Source of the DNA: a virus
Lineage: Duplodnaviria > Heunggongvirae > Uroviricota > Caudoviricetes
Virus record (IMG/VR): IMGVR_UViG_3300034691_000069
DNA length: 64,000 bases
Reading direction: 5' to 3' (one strand)
The translations under genes and the position numbers were made by a program. The notes under the pieces were generated by a model. That model worked only from the letters and a program-made list of their open reading frames with translations. It made no database searches and was not told the origin of the DNA. Below, piece after piece: positions 1-9,085 of the stretch (position 1 is its first letter; each line of letters starts with the position of its first letter).

Positions 1-163
1 CGTTGCAGTATTCATGTTAGATCCTCTATGAGATGAGCGAATCCTTTCTGAAAAACTCCCTGTATATGTGATGATTATAGCAAATTTAAGTTTTTTGAGC
101 AACCTTTATTTTGACAATAAAAAAGGCCAGAGTTATCTGACCTTTTTCTGTTTCTGTATTGGG

Positions 164-319
164 TTAATGGTGACTTTTTCGAGAGCATTTTGTATGCAGC
201 AAGCTAAACTTTCTCACTTTGGATTGCGAAGGGCTTCTGTCATGGTGCTGATGATGATCGCCACCACCAGTAAAAATCAATGCAATGTAAATCAGTAACA
301 TTCTTTTCATTTTGAACAT
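164..319 (-). CDS. small membrane/His-rich peptide (about 51 aa; MFKMKRMLLIYIALIFTGGGDHHQHH...)
   Basis: ATG preceded by GGAGA RBS; stop followed on minus strand by hairpin+T-tract terminator (about 125-150); below ORF-track length cutoff; overlaps antisense track ORF 68..298 which contains that terminator hairpin. Confidence 0.4.
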   Translation of the reverse strand: MFKMKRMLLIYIALIFTGGGDHHQHHDRSPSQSKVRKFSLLHTKCSRKSHH

Positions 320-486
320 GTTAATTCTCCTGTCATAGAATAGATTAAGGCATTAGAGCTTTAAGGTATTGAATAGGCAGGTGTTGTTTTTATTTTAAAC
401 CAATTTTATTGTTTCATCTTGCTCACTTCAATGTGCGATTAAGATGAGTAGATTATACACAAAAAACATTTTTCACACAAGCTTTT

Positions 487-759
487 TTACATTTCAAATT
501 CGAAACCACTGTTTTTTTTGGGTTTGCGAAGTTTGCTTTTTTTCTGTCTAACTGGTCGGTCATCCGCCAAATAATCAATATCGCCCATCAGATCAACACC
601 TGTTTTTTCAAAAACCTGTGCAGAATGAGTGATGTTGGCAAAAGCATAACCGCGAGAAATACACCGACTGGTTTCTTTCATATCAGAGTGGATTTGCCAG
701 ATCATACCAATACAAAACAACAGAAACAGACCAAGGCCAATATATCCAAGAATACTCAT
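487..759 (-). CDS. small membrane protein (one TM helix)
   Basis: ORF track; hydrophobic N-terminal stretch; in minus-strand gene array. Confidence 0.5.
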   Translation of the reverse strand: MSILGYIGLGLFLLFCIGMIWQIHSDMKETSRCISRGYAFANITHSAQVFEKTGVDLMGDIDYLADDRPVRQKKSKLRKPKKNSGFEFEM

Positions 760-1229
760 GCTACCTCCATTTCCTGATTGACGGGAATAACAGCAGCCGT
801 CACCAAATTAACGAACTCATCAATTGGCATGATATACTGCGAATAGTCTTTCGAGTGACCATACCAACCAACTTGGGTATAAGCGTGCTTGTTTAGCATG
901 GATTTAACTACATCACGGGCTACCTGACGAACAACACGGCTCTTTTCTTTTGGCAATACCAACCCAACATGGAAACGGACGATAGACAGCAATATAGAGT
1001 TATCAAGACCAAAATACTCAGTATCCGAAGCCTGATAGAAAAGACTATCATCATCACTGTCATAGCTGGACGATTCAAGATAGGTCACGGAAAATAGATT
1101 CTTTTCAAGATCCATTTTCACAATGGCTTTATTAAAATCATAAATCGTAGCAAAAGGATATTGATGCTTGGCAAATTTTGCGGAAGCGGCAGTGATTGAT
1201 TTCAAGTTTTTGTTGATACGCATAATCAA
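756..1229 (-). CDS. hypothetical protein
   Basis: ORF track; 4-nt overlap with downstream gene typical of phage operons. Confidence 0.55.
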   Translation of the reverse strand: MIMRINKNLKSITAASAKFAKHQYPFATIYDFNKAIVKMDLEKNLFSVTYLESSSYDSDDDSLFYQASDTEYFGLDNSILLSIVRFHVGLVLPKEKSRVVRQVARDVVKSMLNKHAYTQVGWYGHSKDYSQYIMPIDEFVNLVTAAVIPVNQEMEVA

Positions 1230-1260
1230 TATCCTTTCAAGATTTAAGATAGGGTTAAAA

Positions 1261-1635
1261 TCAACCCTCGACTAACTCTACCGCAAAGACCTTACCAAAA
1301 ACATCGAAGTAGGAAACATCAACGTCTTCCAAGTTAGCAAAGTAATTGCCATTCGCATCCGAAGGCCATACTTGCAAGCCGGGTTCACTGTATTCACACC
1401 ATTTTGCATAACCTTTGACTTCATCAGGTGCTAGGCCATTTTTTCGAACATAGTCACCAGCTTCGTTCAAGAAGTTTACAAATTCAATCACGTCAGCTTT
1501 TTGACCAACTGAAAACACGGCTGTTTCCGTTGCAGTGATCTCATCATATGGATGAAGAAATGTAATTTCAACCACATACTGATTGGCATAAGGGCTAGGG
1601 CTTTCTTCAAGCACCTTCAGATCAACAATTGGCAT
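1261..1635 (-). CDS. hypothetical protein
   Basis: ORF track; RBS-like sequence upstream. Confidence 0.55.
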   Translation of the reverse strand: MPIVDLKVLEESPSPYANQYVVEITFLHPYDEITATETAVFSVGQKADVIEFVNFLNEAGDYVRKNGLAPDEVKGYAKWCEYSEPGLQVWPSDANGNYFANLEDVDVSYFDVFGKVFAVELVEG

Positions 1636-1685
1636 TAATAAATCCTCTTTTCAATGGCTTATTATACCAAAAAAGAAGGTCTTAA

Positions 1686-2078
1686 TCAACCACCAAAATC
1701 ATAAGCTTTCAATCGGCCTTTACTATCATAACCTACCTGACAGCAATCAATCGACATTACCCAAGTCGGCAAACCCTGCAGTTTTTCTGGCATGGTGAGT
1801 TTTTCTTGAACAACACAATTGAAATCACCCAGAATGACTTTACGACCTTTTGCATAGGCTGCATAACCATCGGAATAACCTTTAGATTCAATCGAATTAT
1901 CCCGAAGGCCATCGAAGTTAAGCGGGAATTTGATAACACAATGCTTGCTGGTGAAGGCTGCACGGTTACGCCCACAAGACGGTTGACCATATTTGGTTTC
2001 AAGACTGGTCAAGATATCCAACGCCAGTGCATTAAGGTTATCACAACCGAAATTGACAAAATTAGCAAGACTGGACAT
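1686..2078 (-). CDS. hypothetical protein
   Basis: ORF track; preceded (gene strand) by TTTTTTGGTATAAT promoter at about 2106-2119 and terminator at 2134-2160. Confidence 0.55.
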   Translation of the reverse strand: MSSLANFVNFGCDNLNALALDILTSLETKYGQPSCGRNRAAFTSKHCVIKFPLNFDGLRDNSIESKGYSDGYAAYAKGRKVILGDFNCVVQEKLTMPEKLQGLPTWVMSIDCCQVGYDSKGRLKAYDFGG

Positions 2079-2105
2079 GGCTAAAATCCTTTAAGATAGG
2101 ACATG

Positions 2106-2119
2106 ATTATACCAAAAAA
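2106..2119 (-). promoter_or_regulatory. sigma70-like extended -10 promoter (gene-strand TTTTTTGGTATAAT)
   Basis: plus strand reads attataccaaaaaa about 27 nt upstream of ATG at 2078; same architecture recurs upstream of dozens of minus-strand genes. Confidence 0.55.
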
Positions 2120-2133
2120 CTTAAAAATAGGCA

Positions 2134-2160
2134 ACAAAAAAGAGATCCGAAGATCTCTTT
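2134..2160 (-). terminator. rho-independent terminator (agagatcCGAAgatctct hairpin + T-tract on minus strand)
   Basis: perfect 7-bp stem, CGAA loop, A-run on plus = U-run on minus; nearly identical hairpin also at about 3903-3920 and 44694-44711. Confidence 0.6.
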
Positions 2161-2318
2161 CTGTAATCAAAACCGTCTTTTGATTGCCTCAAAGGGATAC
2201 TAAACAACACCCGTCAATGTTGAGTCATAGGAGAACGCCTACACCGTGGAACATGGCTCAAAGGCCGACTTAATAACTATAACAAAAGATCCTGAAAAAA
2301 TCAAGACCTTTTCTCATT

Positions 2319-2531
2319 TTAAGTCAAATTCAAAGCAAACTCATACGCCAGTTTAAAAGAAGTGAATTCACCTTGTTCACAGCTTTCGCCGCCATACTGT
2401 GGAATTTCAAATACTTTGAACTGTCCGTCTTGGTGCGTTTCAATATACCAGCCATCCTCAATGTAAGGTGCCCGCTGAGTGGTCAGAACACCTGTTGATT
2501 CATCGAAGAAGGAAAACAGTTGAGTGGTCAT
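2319..2531 (-). CDS. hypothetical protein (70 aa)
   Basis: ORF track. Confidence 0.45.
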   Translation of the reverse strand: MTTQLFSFFDESTGVLTTQRAPYIEDGWYIETHQDGQFKVFEIPQYGGESCEQGEFTSFKLAYEFALNLT

Positions 2532-2555
2532 TTATTCACCTATTGATTATTGACG

Positions 2556-2999
2556 TTATGATTGCAAATCAATCACAACAGAGCCAAAGTGAATTACTTT
2601 TGCTGGTGTGTGAACATAGGCTTCAAGTGTTTGATTACAACCTGTTTCAGCACGGCCTGATTGCTCAAGGTCTGAAAGAACCGAAAGTTGACGGATAAAT
2701 TCAAGAAACCGCTCCAGCTTATATTCTTTACCTTTCAACGGCGTGAAAGTAAGGTTGTTTATGGCGTTAAGGTAAACTTGACCAACAAAATTATTACCAA
2801 GAGGAAAAGCACCGCTGTAAGAATACTCACCATTGACAAAAAAATCCTCATCGGTATTGATTTCGATGAAAAGCTGTTTTACACCAAGATTTCCCTTTGC
2901 ATTCGTGATTTCCTGAATAAGCGGAAAAACCTCACGAATTACAGAGGGATCAGCATTATTGAGAACATTCAAAAGAACAGAAGCAGGTATTTTATTCAT
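2556..2999 (-). CDS. hypothetical protein
   Basis: ORF track. Confidence 0.5.
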   Translation of the reverse strand: MNKIPASVLLNVLNNADPSVIREVFPLIQEITNAKGNLGVKQLFIEINTDEDFFVNGEYSYSGAFPLGNNFVGQVYLNAINNLTFTPLKGKEYKLERFLEFIRQLSVLSDLEQSGRAETGCNQTLEAYVHTPAKVIHFGSVVIDLQS

Positions 3000-3146
3000 G
3001 AGATTATCTCGCTTGGTTTGAAGGTTGATTATAACACATCGGTGATTGAAAAGCTATATTTTGACAATAAAAAACCTGCATCGCTGCAGGTTTGGGGTTG
3101 TATTGCATGAATGAAACCATGCAATCACAAACAGTTGACTAAACAA

Positions 3147-3488
3147 CTAGTCAGTAATTATTTTAGTGATTTCGCTCCTAGATACATAGGTGCGGATGTA
3201 ATGTGGAGGGTTATCATCATCAACAGATATACCATAAACGGTATAAAGCAAAGATCCACTATGGATATCAGTCACACGAAGTATTTTGCAAATTTGACCA
3301 ATAACAAGGCAAGATGAATTTTTGCCTATTGCCACTTTGTCATTTACTGAGATCATTTTTTTTGCCTCAACCGTTGTGTGTTGATTAGGGGTTAATGCGG
3401 TATTCGAGGCTATTACGGAATTCCAGATCAGAACCAGAAACAGTAATCCAACCCACAACGGTTTCAGTATTGACTTGAACTTCACCAC
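3147..3488 (-). CDS. hypothetical protein (track ORF uses GTG start; true gene may begin at an internal ATG with GAGG RBS)
   Basis: ORF track; no RBS at annotated start; followed on minus strand by terminator at about 3075-3100. Confidence 0.35.
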   Translation of the reverse strand: MVKFKSILKPLWVGLLFLVLIWNSVIASNTALTPNQHTTVEAKKMISVNDKVAIGKNSSCLVIGQICKILRVTDIHSGSLLYTVYGISVDDDNPPHYIRTYVSRSEITKIITD

Positions 3489-3552
3489 CAGCCGCCATTG
3501 CCGCCATGAATTCTGGTGACATTACGCCATCTTCTTTGCATACTTCTTTCAT
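3385..3552 (-). CDS. small ORF (about 55 aa, MKEVCKEDGVMSPEF...) in a different frame overlapping the 5' part of track ORF 3147..3488
   Basis: ATG with AAGG RBS, placed about 30 nt downstream of a TTTTTTGATATAAT promoter (plus 3587-3600); suggests the track ORF start is over-extended. Confidence 0.35.
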   Translation of the reverse strand: MKEVCKEDGVMSPEFMAAMAAGGEVQVNTETVVGWITVSGSDLEFRNSLEYRINP

Positions 3553-3627
3553 TTTATGTTACCTTATTCTGTTCGGGAAGGTGTCCATTATATCAAAAAA
3601 TGAACACATTATCAATGTTTTTTAAAT

Positions 3628-3834
3628 TTAAGCACTCATATTACGATAACATTTGAGTCGTGCCTTGGTTTCAACCCGCTTTTTCAAGCGAGCGGCTTTC
3701 TTTTCTTCTGGTGTGCCATTCGCCATGATTTCTTTGTAATTCTTGATACGCTCCAAAGCTTCGTAAGCGATGTTGTAGGTGGAAACACGATTAAGTGCAA
3801 TGAAGAAACTTTTGATTGCCTGAAGAATTTTCAT
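3628..3834 (-). CDS. hypothetical protein (68 aa, basic C-terminus)
   Basis: ORF track. Confidence 0.45.
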   Translation of the reverse strand: MKILQAIKSFFIALNRVSTYNIAYEALERIKNYKEIMANGTPEEKKAARLKKRVETKARLKCYRNMSA

Positions 3835-3895
3835 AAATCACCGAATAGGTCATTAAGATAGATACACAGTATAACAAAATTAAGAATTTTAGACA

Positions 3896-3925
3896 ACAAA
3901 AAAGAGATCCGAAGATCTCTTTTTG
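3896..3925. terminator. bidirectional rho-independent terminator (agagatcCGAAgatctct flanked by A-run and T-run)
   Basis: second copy of the conserved hairpin; flanked by runs on both sides. Confidence 0.55.
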
Positions 3926-4063
3926 TTATTGCTTCCCTTTGGGTGTATACAGCGTTTCGATTCCACTGTATGCCCGCTGGAATTGTTGCGAGGTCAACAT
4001 CACCTACTAAAGCCCGAGGAGGACGCTAATAATATAACAAGAAGCTTGAGATGTCAACAAATT

Positions 4064-4321
4064 TTAGATGTTTTGAGGAACTGGCTTACGCTCAACAAAA
4101 CCAATAATCAAGCCATCTTCGTTGGTCATGTGGACATGAATAGAAGAATACACCCAGAAGGCTTTTACTCGGAAGGCAGTAGACCACTTATTCGATTCGA
4201 TAAAATCCAAAAGGGCACCCATTTGATCAACACATTTAACAGCATTTCGTTCAAGCAATTTGATCAACTCTTCTTTGCTGGATACAGTTGATTCAAAAGC
4301 TGGTTGCTGAACGTTATTCAT
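4064..4321 (-). CDS. hypothetical protein
   Basis: ORF track. Confidence 0.45.
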   Translation of the reverse strand: MNNVQQPAFESTVSSKEELIKLLERNAVKCVDQMGALLDFIESNKWSTAFRVKAFWVYSSIHVHMTNEDGLIIGFVERKPVPQNI

Positions 4322-4403
4322 GATTTTTACTCGTTTTGGTTAAGTGACTGCAGTATAGCAAAATACTGAGCCACTTACAATGGATTTAACAAAAAACAGT
4401 TTT

Positions 4404-4757
4404 TTAAATGTGCTTTAAATAAATTCGATACAAGTCAACAAACTTAATAGTAAAGTTGTACTCTGGATAGTGAGTGTCATAGTAGTCTTGAACTTCATCT
4501 ATACAAGCCTGACCTTTGTTATAAATTTCTTCAGCAATTTCCAAAAACTTCGCCAACGAACTATCAGGAAACAAAACCAGCGTGATTTCATAATGTGGCG
4601 GTTTCGCAACAGCTTCATCAGCAATGGAAGAACTGGTAACTTTCATGTAAAAATATTTCTTATCCTTGCTCATTCGGTAGTTAAACTGCTTCACAAAGGC
4701 AATAAAATCTGGTGATTTTTCATCGACTTCGATTTCTTTTACTTTTTTCTTAGTCAT
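4404..4757 (-). CDS. hypothetical protein
   Basis: ORF track. Confidence 0.5.
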   Translation of the reverse strand: MTKKKVKEIEVDEKSPDFIAFVKQFNYRMSKDKKYFYMKVTSSSIADEAVAKPPHYEITLVLFPDSSLAKFLEIAEEIYNKGQACIDEVQDYYDTHYPEYNFTIKFVDLYRIYLKHI

Positions 4758-4782
4758 ATTCAGTCCTCCTGTTTTAATGAAA

Positions 4783-5166
4783 CTAATCTGACACTACGTT
4801 ATACAAGATGATTTGGCGACCTTCAATTTTGAATGTGTGGTCGCAGGCACACGTTTTTTTATACGACCAAAAAACTTCTAAATCTGAATGGTCACACGCC
4901 ATATACCCGCGATTACATTTAGGGCAAAACACATCAGCTTCTGACTTGTCAACAACCACACCAGCATGTTTTTCTTTGATGTACATTTCTGCGTCTGCAA
5001 CGGTATCAAAGAACGTAAATAAGTGAGGATATTGATTTGTGGTGGCTACCGAAAATCCCTTCCCTTCCTCGGTAAGAGAATCATAGAACGACTGTTTACT
5101 GTCTAATTGATAAACTCGATGGATGTCATTTCCAAAACTCTCTTTAAAGACAATAACATTTTTCAT
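4783..5166 (-). CDS. hypothetical protein with Cys-rich (CPKC...C..C) zinc-ribbon-like segment
   Basis: ORF track; CxxC/CxC motifs. Confidence 0.5.
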   Translation of the reverse strand: MKNVIVFKESFGNDIHRVYQLDSKQSFYDSLTEEGKGFSVATTNQYPHLFTFFDTVADAEMYIKEKHAGVVVDKSEADVFCPKCNRGYMACDHSDLEVFWSYKKTCACDHTFKIEGRQIILYNVVSD

Positions 5167-5279
5167 ATGTCACCTTTTTTAATTGATGTGACAGTATAAC
5201 AAAAAACAGATTTCAAAGCAATCTATTTTTATAATGGAAACAAAAAAGGCACCCTCTCGGATGCCTTTTTTACAGGATT

Positions 5280-5414
5280 TTACTCTGCGTCTTGATGACG
5301 ATTCCGGCGACGTTTCCGAAACTCGCTATCTTTTTTGTGATACTTAGCTTGTTCATTGTCTTTTTTCTTGCCACCGCGAAAACGTTCTTGTGCGTCACCG
5401 AAAGAGCCTTGCAT
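5280..5414 (-). CDS. small basic protein, 44 aa (MQGSFGDAQERFRGGKKKDNEQAKYHKKDSEFRKRRRNRHQDAE), copy 1 of 3
   Basis: ATG with AGGAGA RBS; promoter-like TTCTTGATATACT upstream (plus about 5468-5482); about 88-90% nt identity to copy at 12759-12893; below track cutoff. Confidence 0.55.
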   Translation of the reverse strand: MQGSFGDAQERFRGGKKKDNEQAKYHKKDSEFRKRRRNRHQDAE

Positions 5415-5663
5415 TTTGTATCTCCTAACCTATTAGTTTGTTTGTGTTGTTTCGTTTTGATGGGATAAGTATATCAAGAAGCGGTTTATCGGTCAATCAT
5501 TTTTTTTCAAAAAACTTCAAAACAACTTAACCCGCCACTCGTTCATATTTAACATGATATTCAATCATCGAAGCCGCCATGAAAAGAATCATACACAAGC
5601 CGAAAGAGCCAACAAGCCATAATGGAAAAGCTTCAACTGAGAACCACTCAAAAGGCTTGCACA

Positions 5664-5852
5664 TTAGAGGTCACCATCCGTGCAAAGAGAAGGCTCATCT
5701 TTATTCATCCACGATTCGATTTCTGCTTTGGATTCCCACTTTGAATGACCTTCACAGTCCACCAGCCGAACTTTTTCATCAGTTTGGTCAATAATGCGAA
5801 ACCATGCACCAAGACCATTGACATAAATTTGAGAATTTGGTGTGAACTTCAT
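5664..5852 (-). CDS. hypothetical protein (62 aa)
   Basis: ORF track. Confidence 0.4.
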   Translation of the reverse strand: MKFTPNSQIYVNGLGAWFRIIDQTDEKVRLVDCEGHSKWESKAEIESWMNKDEPSLCTDGDL

Positions 5853-5903
5853 GATAGATCTCCATTAGTAGAGTTTAATTATACCATAAAAGACATTTTT
5901 AAA

Positions 5904-6248
5904 TCAAGCTATCTCACGTTTACTCTTGAAATCGGCCAAGATGTTGTTAAATCGCTCAGATGCTTCTTTAATACCCAGAATATAAACACTGTTCAAGATA
6001 TTATATTCCTCAATAACATCAGACATAGAACTATGCAAAATACGATCACGCAAGAGTTTATAAACAGCAAACTGGTTGGTTCCCAGTTTTACATGGATTT
6101 CATAAGCAACTTGAAAGCAAGCTACTTTAAAATCACCGGGTTTATCTTCCACCAATCGACCAGACAGATCAGAAAAAGTAGCTTCCAACTCATTGGCTGC
6201 ATCATTAACAAAAACCATGTCAGACGGAGATACTGTAATTTCGACCAT
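5904..6248 (-). CDS. hypothetical protein
   Basis: ORF track. Confidence 0.5.
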   Translation of the reverse strand: MVEITVSPSDMVFVNDAANELEATFSDLSGRLVEDKPGDFKVACFQVAYEIHVKLGTNQFAVYKLLRDRILHSSMSDVIEEYNILNSVYILGIKEASERFNNILADFKSKREIA

Positions 6249-6327
6249 GATAACCTCAAATGTAATAGATGGATTTTCTAAGGGTGTATTTTATCACTTT
6301 TTTATTGTTTTTTCAATGAATATAAGA

Positions 6328-6936
6328 TTATATTGAATACATTTTCAAGAGTTCAACATGAGCAATGTCACTCTTTAAAAAATGTTTAAACTGAGAAAAG
6401 TAATCTTCTTCTGGCAAAATCTCTTTCAAATGAGTGTGCGTCATTAAATGATTGAAAACATAAAAAGCAGCACTATTGCTATCATTTAAATTAAATTGAC
6501 AATGCAATGCATCAGAATATAACAAGTAAATCACATCCTCTGAACCATCTGGTGTAATAGATTGATTGAGTATTACCTTATTTAAATCATTGCCAGTAAA
6601 TTCAAACCACAAATTATTACGGTAAAGGTTTCTATGATTCAGTTTTATTGAACTATTGATGGTGTTCAAATCAATAGCATAAGGAATTCTTTTTTTTCCT
6701 TCTTTTATAGAAATTGGCACTCTATTTCGAACAACTTTATTAAGTGCCGGATAACTATCAAAAAATCGCTCATCACCATTAGGCATAGTAATGACACAAT
6801 AACAGCCAACATCATCATAAGCCATTCTCATCGGCTTAAATACAGCACTCACACGATCCTGAAAGAAAAAGGCTTCTTTTTCTAAAAAAGATTCGGCTGA
6901 CGCCAATACATGGTCAGGAATAATGAGATCGCTCAT
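6328..6936 (-). CDS. hypothetical protein (AT-rich, N/K/I-rich composition)
   Basis: ORF track; compositional outlier versus neighbours. Confidence 0.5.
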   Translation of the reverse strand: MSDLIIPDHVLASAESFLEKEAFFFQDRVSAVFKPMRMAYDDVGCYCVITMPNGDERFFDSYPALNKVVRNRVPISIKEGKKRIPYAIDLNTINSSIKLNHRNLYRNNLWFEFTGNDLNKVILNQSITPDGSEDVIYLLYSDALHCQFNLNDSNSAAFYVFNHLMTHTHLKEILPEEDYFSQFKHFLKSDIAHVELLKMYSI

Positions 6937-7038
6937 GATAACACCTCTAAAATTATTCTTAGATTATAGCACACTTATTAAAAACAAAGCAAAAAATCCG
7001 ACAACTAGGCCGGATTATTGTTTGCTGTTTTTTACAGG

Positions 7039-7512
7039 TTATTGTTCTATCTTGTAAACATTATAGGGTTCAGTCGCTCTGAAAGAGCCTTGCTGTTTAA
7101 AGAACTTGAAATATTTTACGGCAATTTTATTGCTGGCCTTATTACTTTCATGAACAATGTAAATAAGGTTTTTGTGAATTTTAAGGAAATGTTCAACCAC
7201 CTGACTGGCATAGCCATTACCACGTTCTTTTTTCGCAATATAAATCATGCCAAGATTGAAATATTCATGCTCTAAACCCAATCTTTTTCTAAGCGAAAAG
7301 TGAACTTCATTGACATTAACAACCCCAACAATTCTATCACCGTCTTTGATGACAGTAACAGGGTGAGTGGTGATAATCGACCGAACTTCTTTAAAGGTCA
7401 ATCCAGCAGGGTCTGAATCTGCAGTGTATTTATTCCGCATGCATTGAAACACCAGTTTTACAATTTCTGGGTTTTCGGCTGGATTAGGATAAAGTTCGAT
7501 AGAAATCATGAT
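7039..7512 (-). CDS. GNAT-family N-acetyltransferase (start moved to internal Met MISIELYP...)
   Basis: acetyl-CoA-binding motif A (KKERGNGYASQVV) and motif B-like region; promoter attatatcaaaaaa at plus about 7538-7551. Confidence 0.55.
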   Translation of the reverse strand: MMISIELYPNPAENPEIVKLVFQCMRNKYTADSDPAGLTFKEVRSIITTHPVTVIKDGDRIVGVVNVNEVHFSLRKRLGLEHEYFNLGMIYIAKKERGNGYASQVVEHFLKIHKNLIYIVHESNKASNKIAVKYFKFFKQQGSFRATEPYNVYKIEQ

Positions 7513-7610
7513 AAACCTGTCATTTGGTTGATGACCTATTATATCAAAAAACAAAAGGATGGGCAATAAAAAACCGTCAAAATGGCGGCTTAATAACAAC
7601 AAAAAACAGA

Positions 7611-7826
7611 TTAATCATTGGCGTCTTGAGCGTCTTCAAAGGATTCGTAATAACCATCAGCCTCAAAAAAATAACAGGCTTGAAGGAAACGATCCTGATC
7701 GGGATAGCTGTAACTACTGATTTCAGCATAACCCATACTGCCATCAGCACGCTTACGGTAATAAGTCTTACGGATTTCTTCATGCATGGAATATAGCCTC
7801 TTTAAATGGTTGACTAGACTTAGCAA
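7611..7826 (-). CDS. hypothetical acidic protein (71 aa)
   Basis: ORF track. Confidence 0.4.
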   Translation of the reverse strand: MLSLVNHLKRLYSMHEEIRKTYYRKRADGSMGYAEISSYSYPDQDRFLQACYFFEADGYYESFEDAQDAND

Positions 7827-8149
7827 TAAGCAAACAAATTTTTGTCGTTTTTAAGTTCGTGCAAGATAAAAAACCGATACTGACTGTCAATACAATTGAA
7901 GAATTCAAGCAAGTTTCGACGGCACTCAATCACAAATTTTTCAGCTAAATGCTCTCCAAGTTGTTTACCAAACAAATAAACCAACAAGTTTCCATTCATT
8001 TTATTAGACAGTTGAAGAAGTTCAACTACTTGGTCAGAATATTGAAAAGAACCATCACCTTTCAGATTTTTCTCATAATCTGGAAAATTGCCTACTGCAC
8101 GGTCTACAAATGTTTGATACCGAGACGACAATTCAACATTATTAGTCAT
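7820..8149 (-). CDS. hypothetical protein
   Basis: ORF track. Confidence 0.5.
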   Translation of the reverse strand: MTNNVELSSRYQTFVDRAVGNFPDYEKNLKGDGSFQYSDQVVELLQLSNKMNGNLLVYLFGKQLGEHLAEKFVIECRRNLLEFFNCIDSQYRFFILHELKNDKNLFAYC

Positions 8150-8365
8150 AGAAAGATTCCTTTTTTGAATGGTATTATGATAACAAAAAAAGTAATTAAT
8201 GTAAAGCTGTATATTTTATAAACAAAAAACCCCGTATCAACGGGGTTTTCATATCATCTTAATTAAATTTTCTGATTTAGTTTAAGGTCATAGCTGCATC
8301 GGTAGTTCACCTCGGGCACTCGATTAGATTATCTAGTGGTTAATGTTATTTTCAATCTTTCAATC

Positions 8366-8442
8366 TGGTGGGACTTACAGGACTTGAACCTGTGACCTGC
8401 CGATTATGAGTCGGTTGCTCTAACCAACTGAGCTAAAGTCCC
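8366..8442 (-). tRNA. tRNA-Met (or lysidine-Ile) anticodon CAU, CCA encoded
   Basis: minus-strand read GGGACUUUAGCUCAGUUGGUUAGAGC...CUCAUAA...GGUUCAAGUCC...AAGUCCCACCA folds as canonical cloverleaf (7-bp acceptor, D-arm, CAU anticodon loop, T-loop UUCAAGU). Confidence 0.8.
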
Positions 8443-8708
8443 GTGGTTGGTGGCTTAGAAACACATCTAAACCACCCAGTATCCTCAATTATATATTCTC
8501 TATTTTAAAATATAAATACCTAGCAATCTATTCCAAGCGACTTCTAATCTCTTTGTCGAAGCCCCTACTTTGGATTTATTTGTCTACCAAAGGTCTTAGG
8601 TTCTGCCTGAATCCGAAGGATGCTAACCTACGAAAATCTCTGTTTATCTCCATCTGATTAAAGTTAGGCTATTTTAAGCCATTCAAGAGCATTGTGCAAC
8701 GTTTAATT

Positions 8709-8792
8709 TGGTGCCCGAGGCCGGACTCGAACCGGCACTCCGTAAGGAAGGGGATTTTAAGTCCCCCGCGTCTACCATTCCACCACTCGGGC
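8709..8792 (-). tRNA. tRNA-Leu anticodon UAA (long variable arm), CCA encoded
   Basis: minus-strand read GCCCGAGUGGUGGAAUGGUAGAC...CUUAAAA...long variable arm...GGUUCGAGUCCGGCCUCGGGCACCA; class II tRNA. Confidence 0.8.
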
Positions 8793-9085
8793 TTAATATG
8801 ATATGGACTACTCTATTTATATCTGCACCGAGTAGTGTTCCATACTTACAAGCTATATTGGTAACCGAAGTTATTATTCCAAAACAAGCTACTTGTAAGA
8901 AGTGCTGGTTTATTCTGGCAAGATGTTTGTTTCTCCGTTTCGTCTTGATGGGGTAATTATAGAGAAAATCGCTGTGAAGGTCAAGCATTTTTTTAGCTTA
9001 TTTTTCAAATACTTACATCAAAAATATATTGACAAAACAAAAAAAAGACCTACTGATATAGGTCTTGATGACATAAAAGAAGGTT

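Noticed and set aside
68-298. 76-aa plus-strand ORF at the window start
   Set aside because: It contains a terminator hairpin (aaaaaaggccagag...ctgaccttttt) in its middle and is antisense to a better-supported small minus-strand gene (164-319) that has an RBS.
5280-5414. Assigning the 44-aa basic protein to the KGG-repeat/YciG stress-protein family
   Set aside because: Only a loose resemblance (GSF..D..ER...GGKK). The spacing does not match the KGG repeat.
8509-8520. Plus-strand aatataaatacc (contains TATAAATA) near tRNA-Met, and an identical 12-mer at about 57286-57297 near the tRNA-like element, as T4 late promoters
   Set aside because: The orientation is opposite to the adjacent genes, so on the gene strand it reads TATTTATA. 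It is recorded only as a curious 12-mer shared near both tRNA loci.
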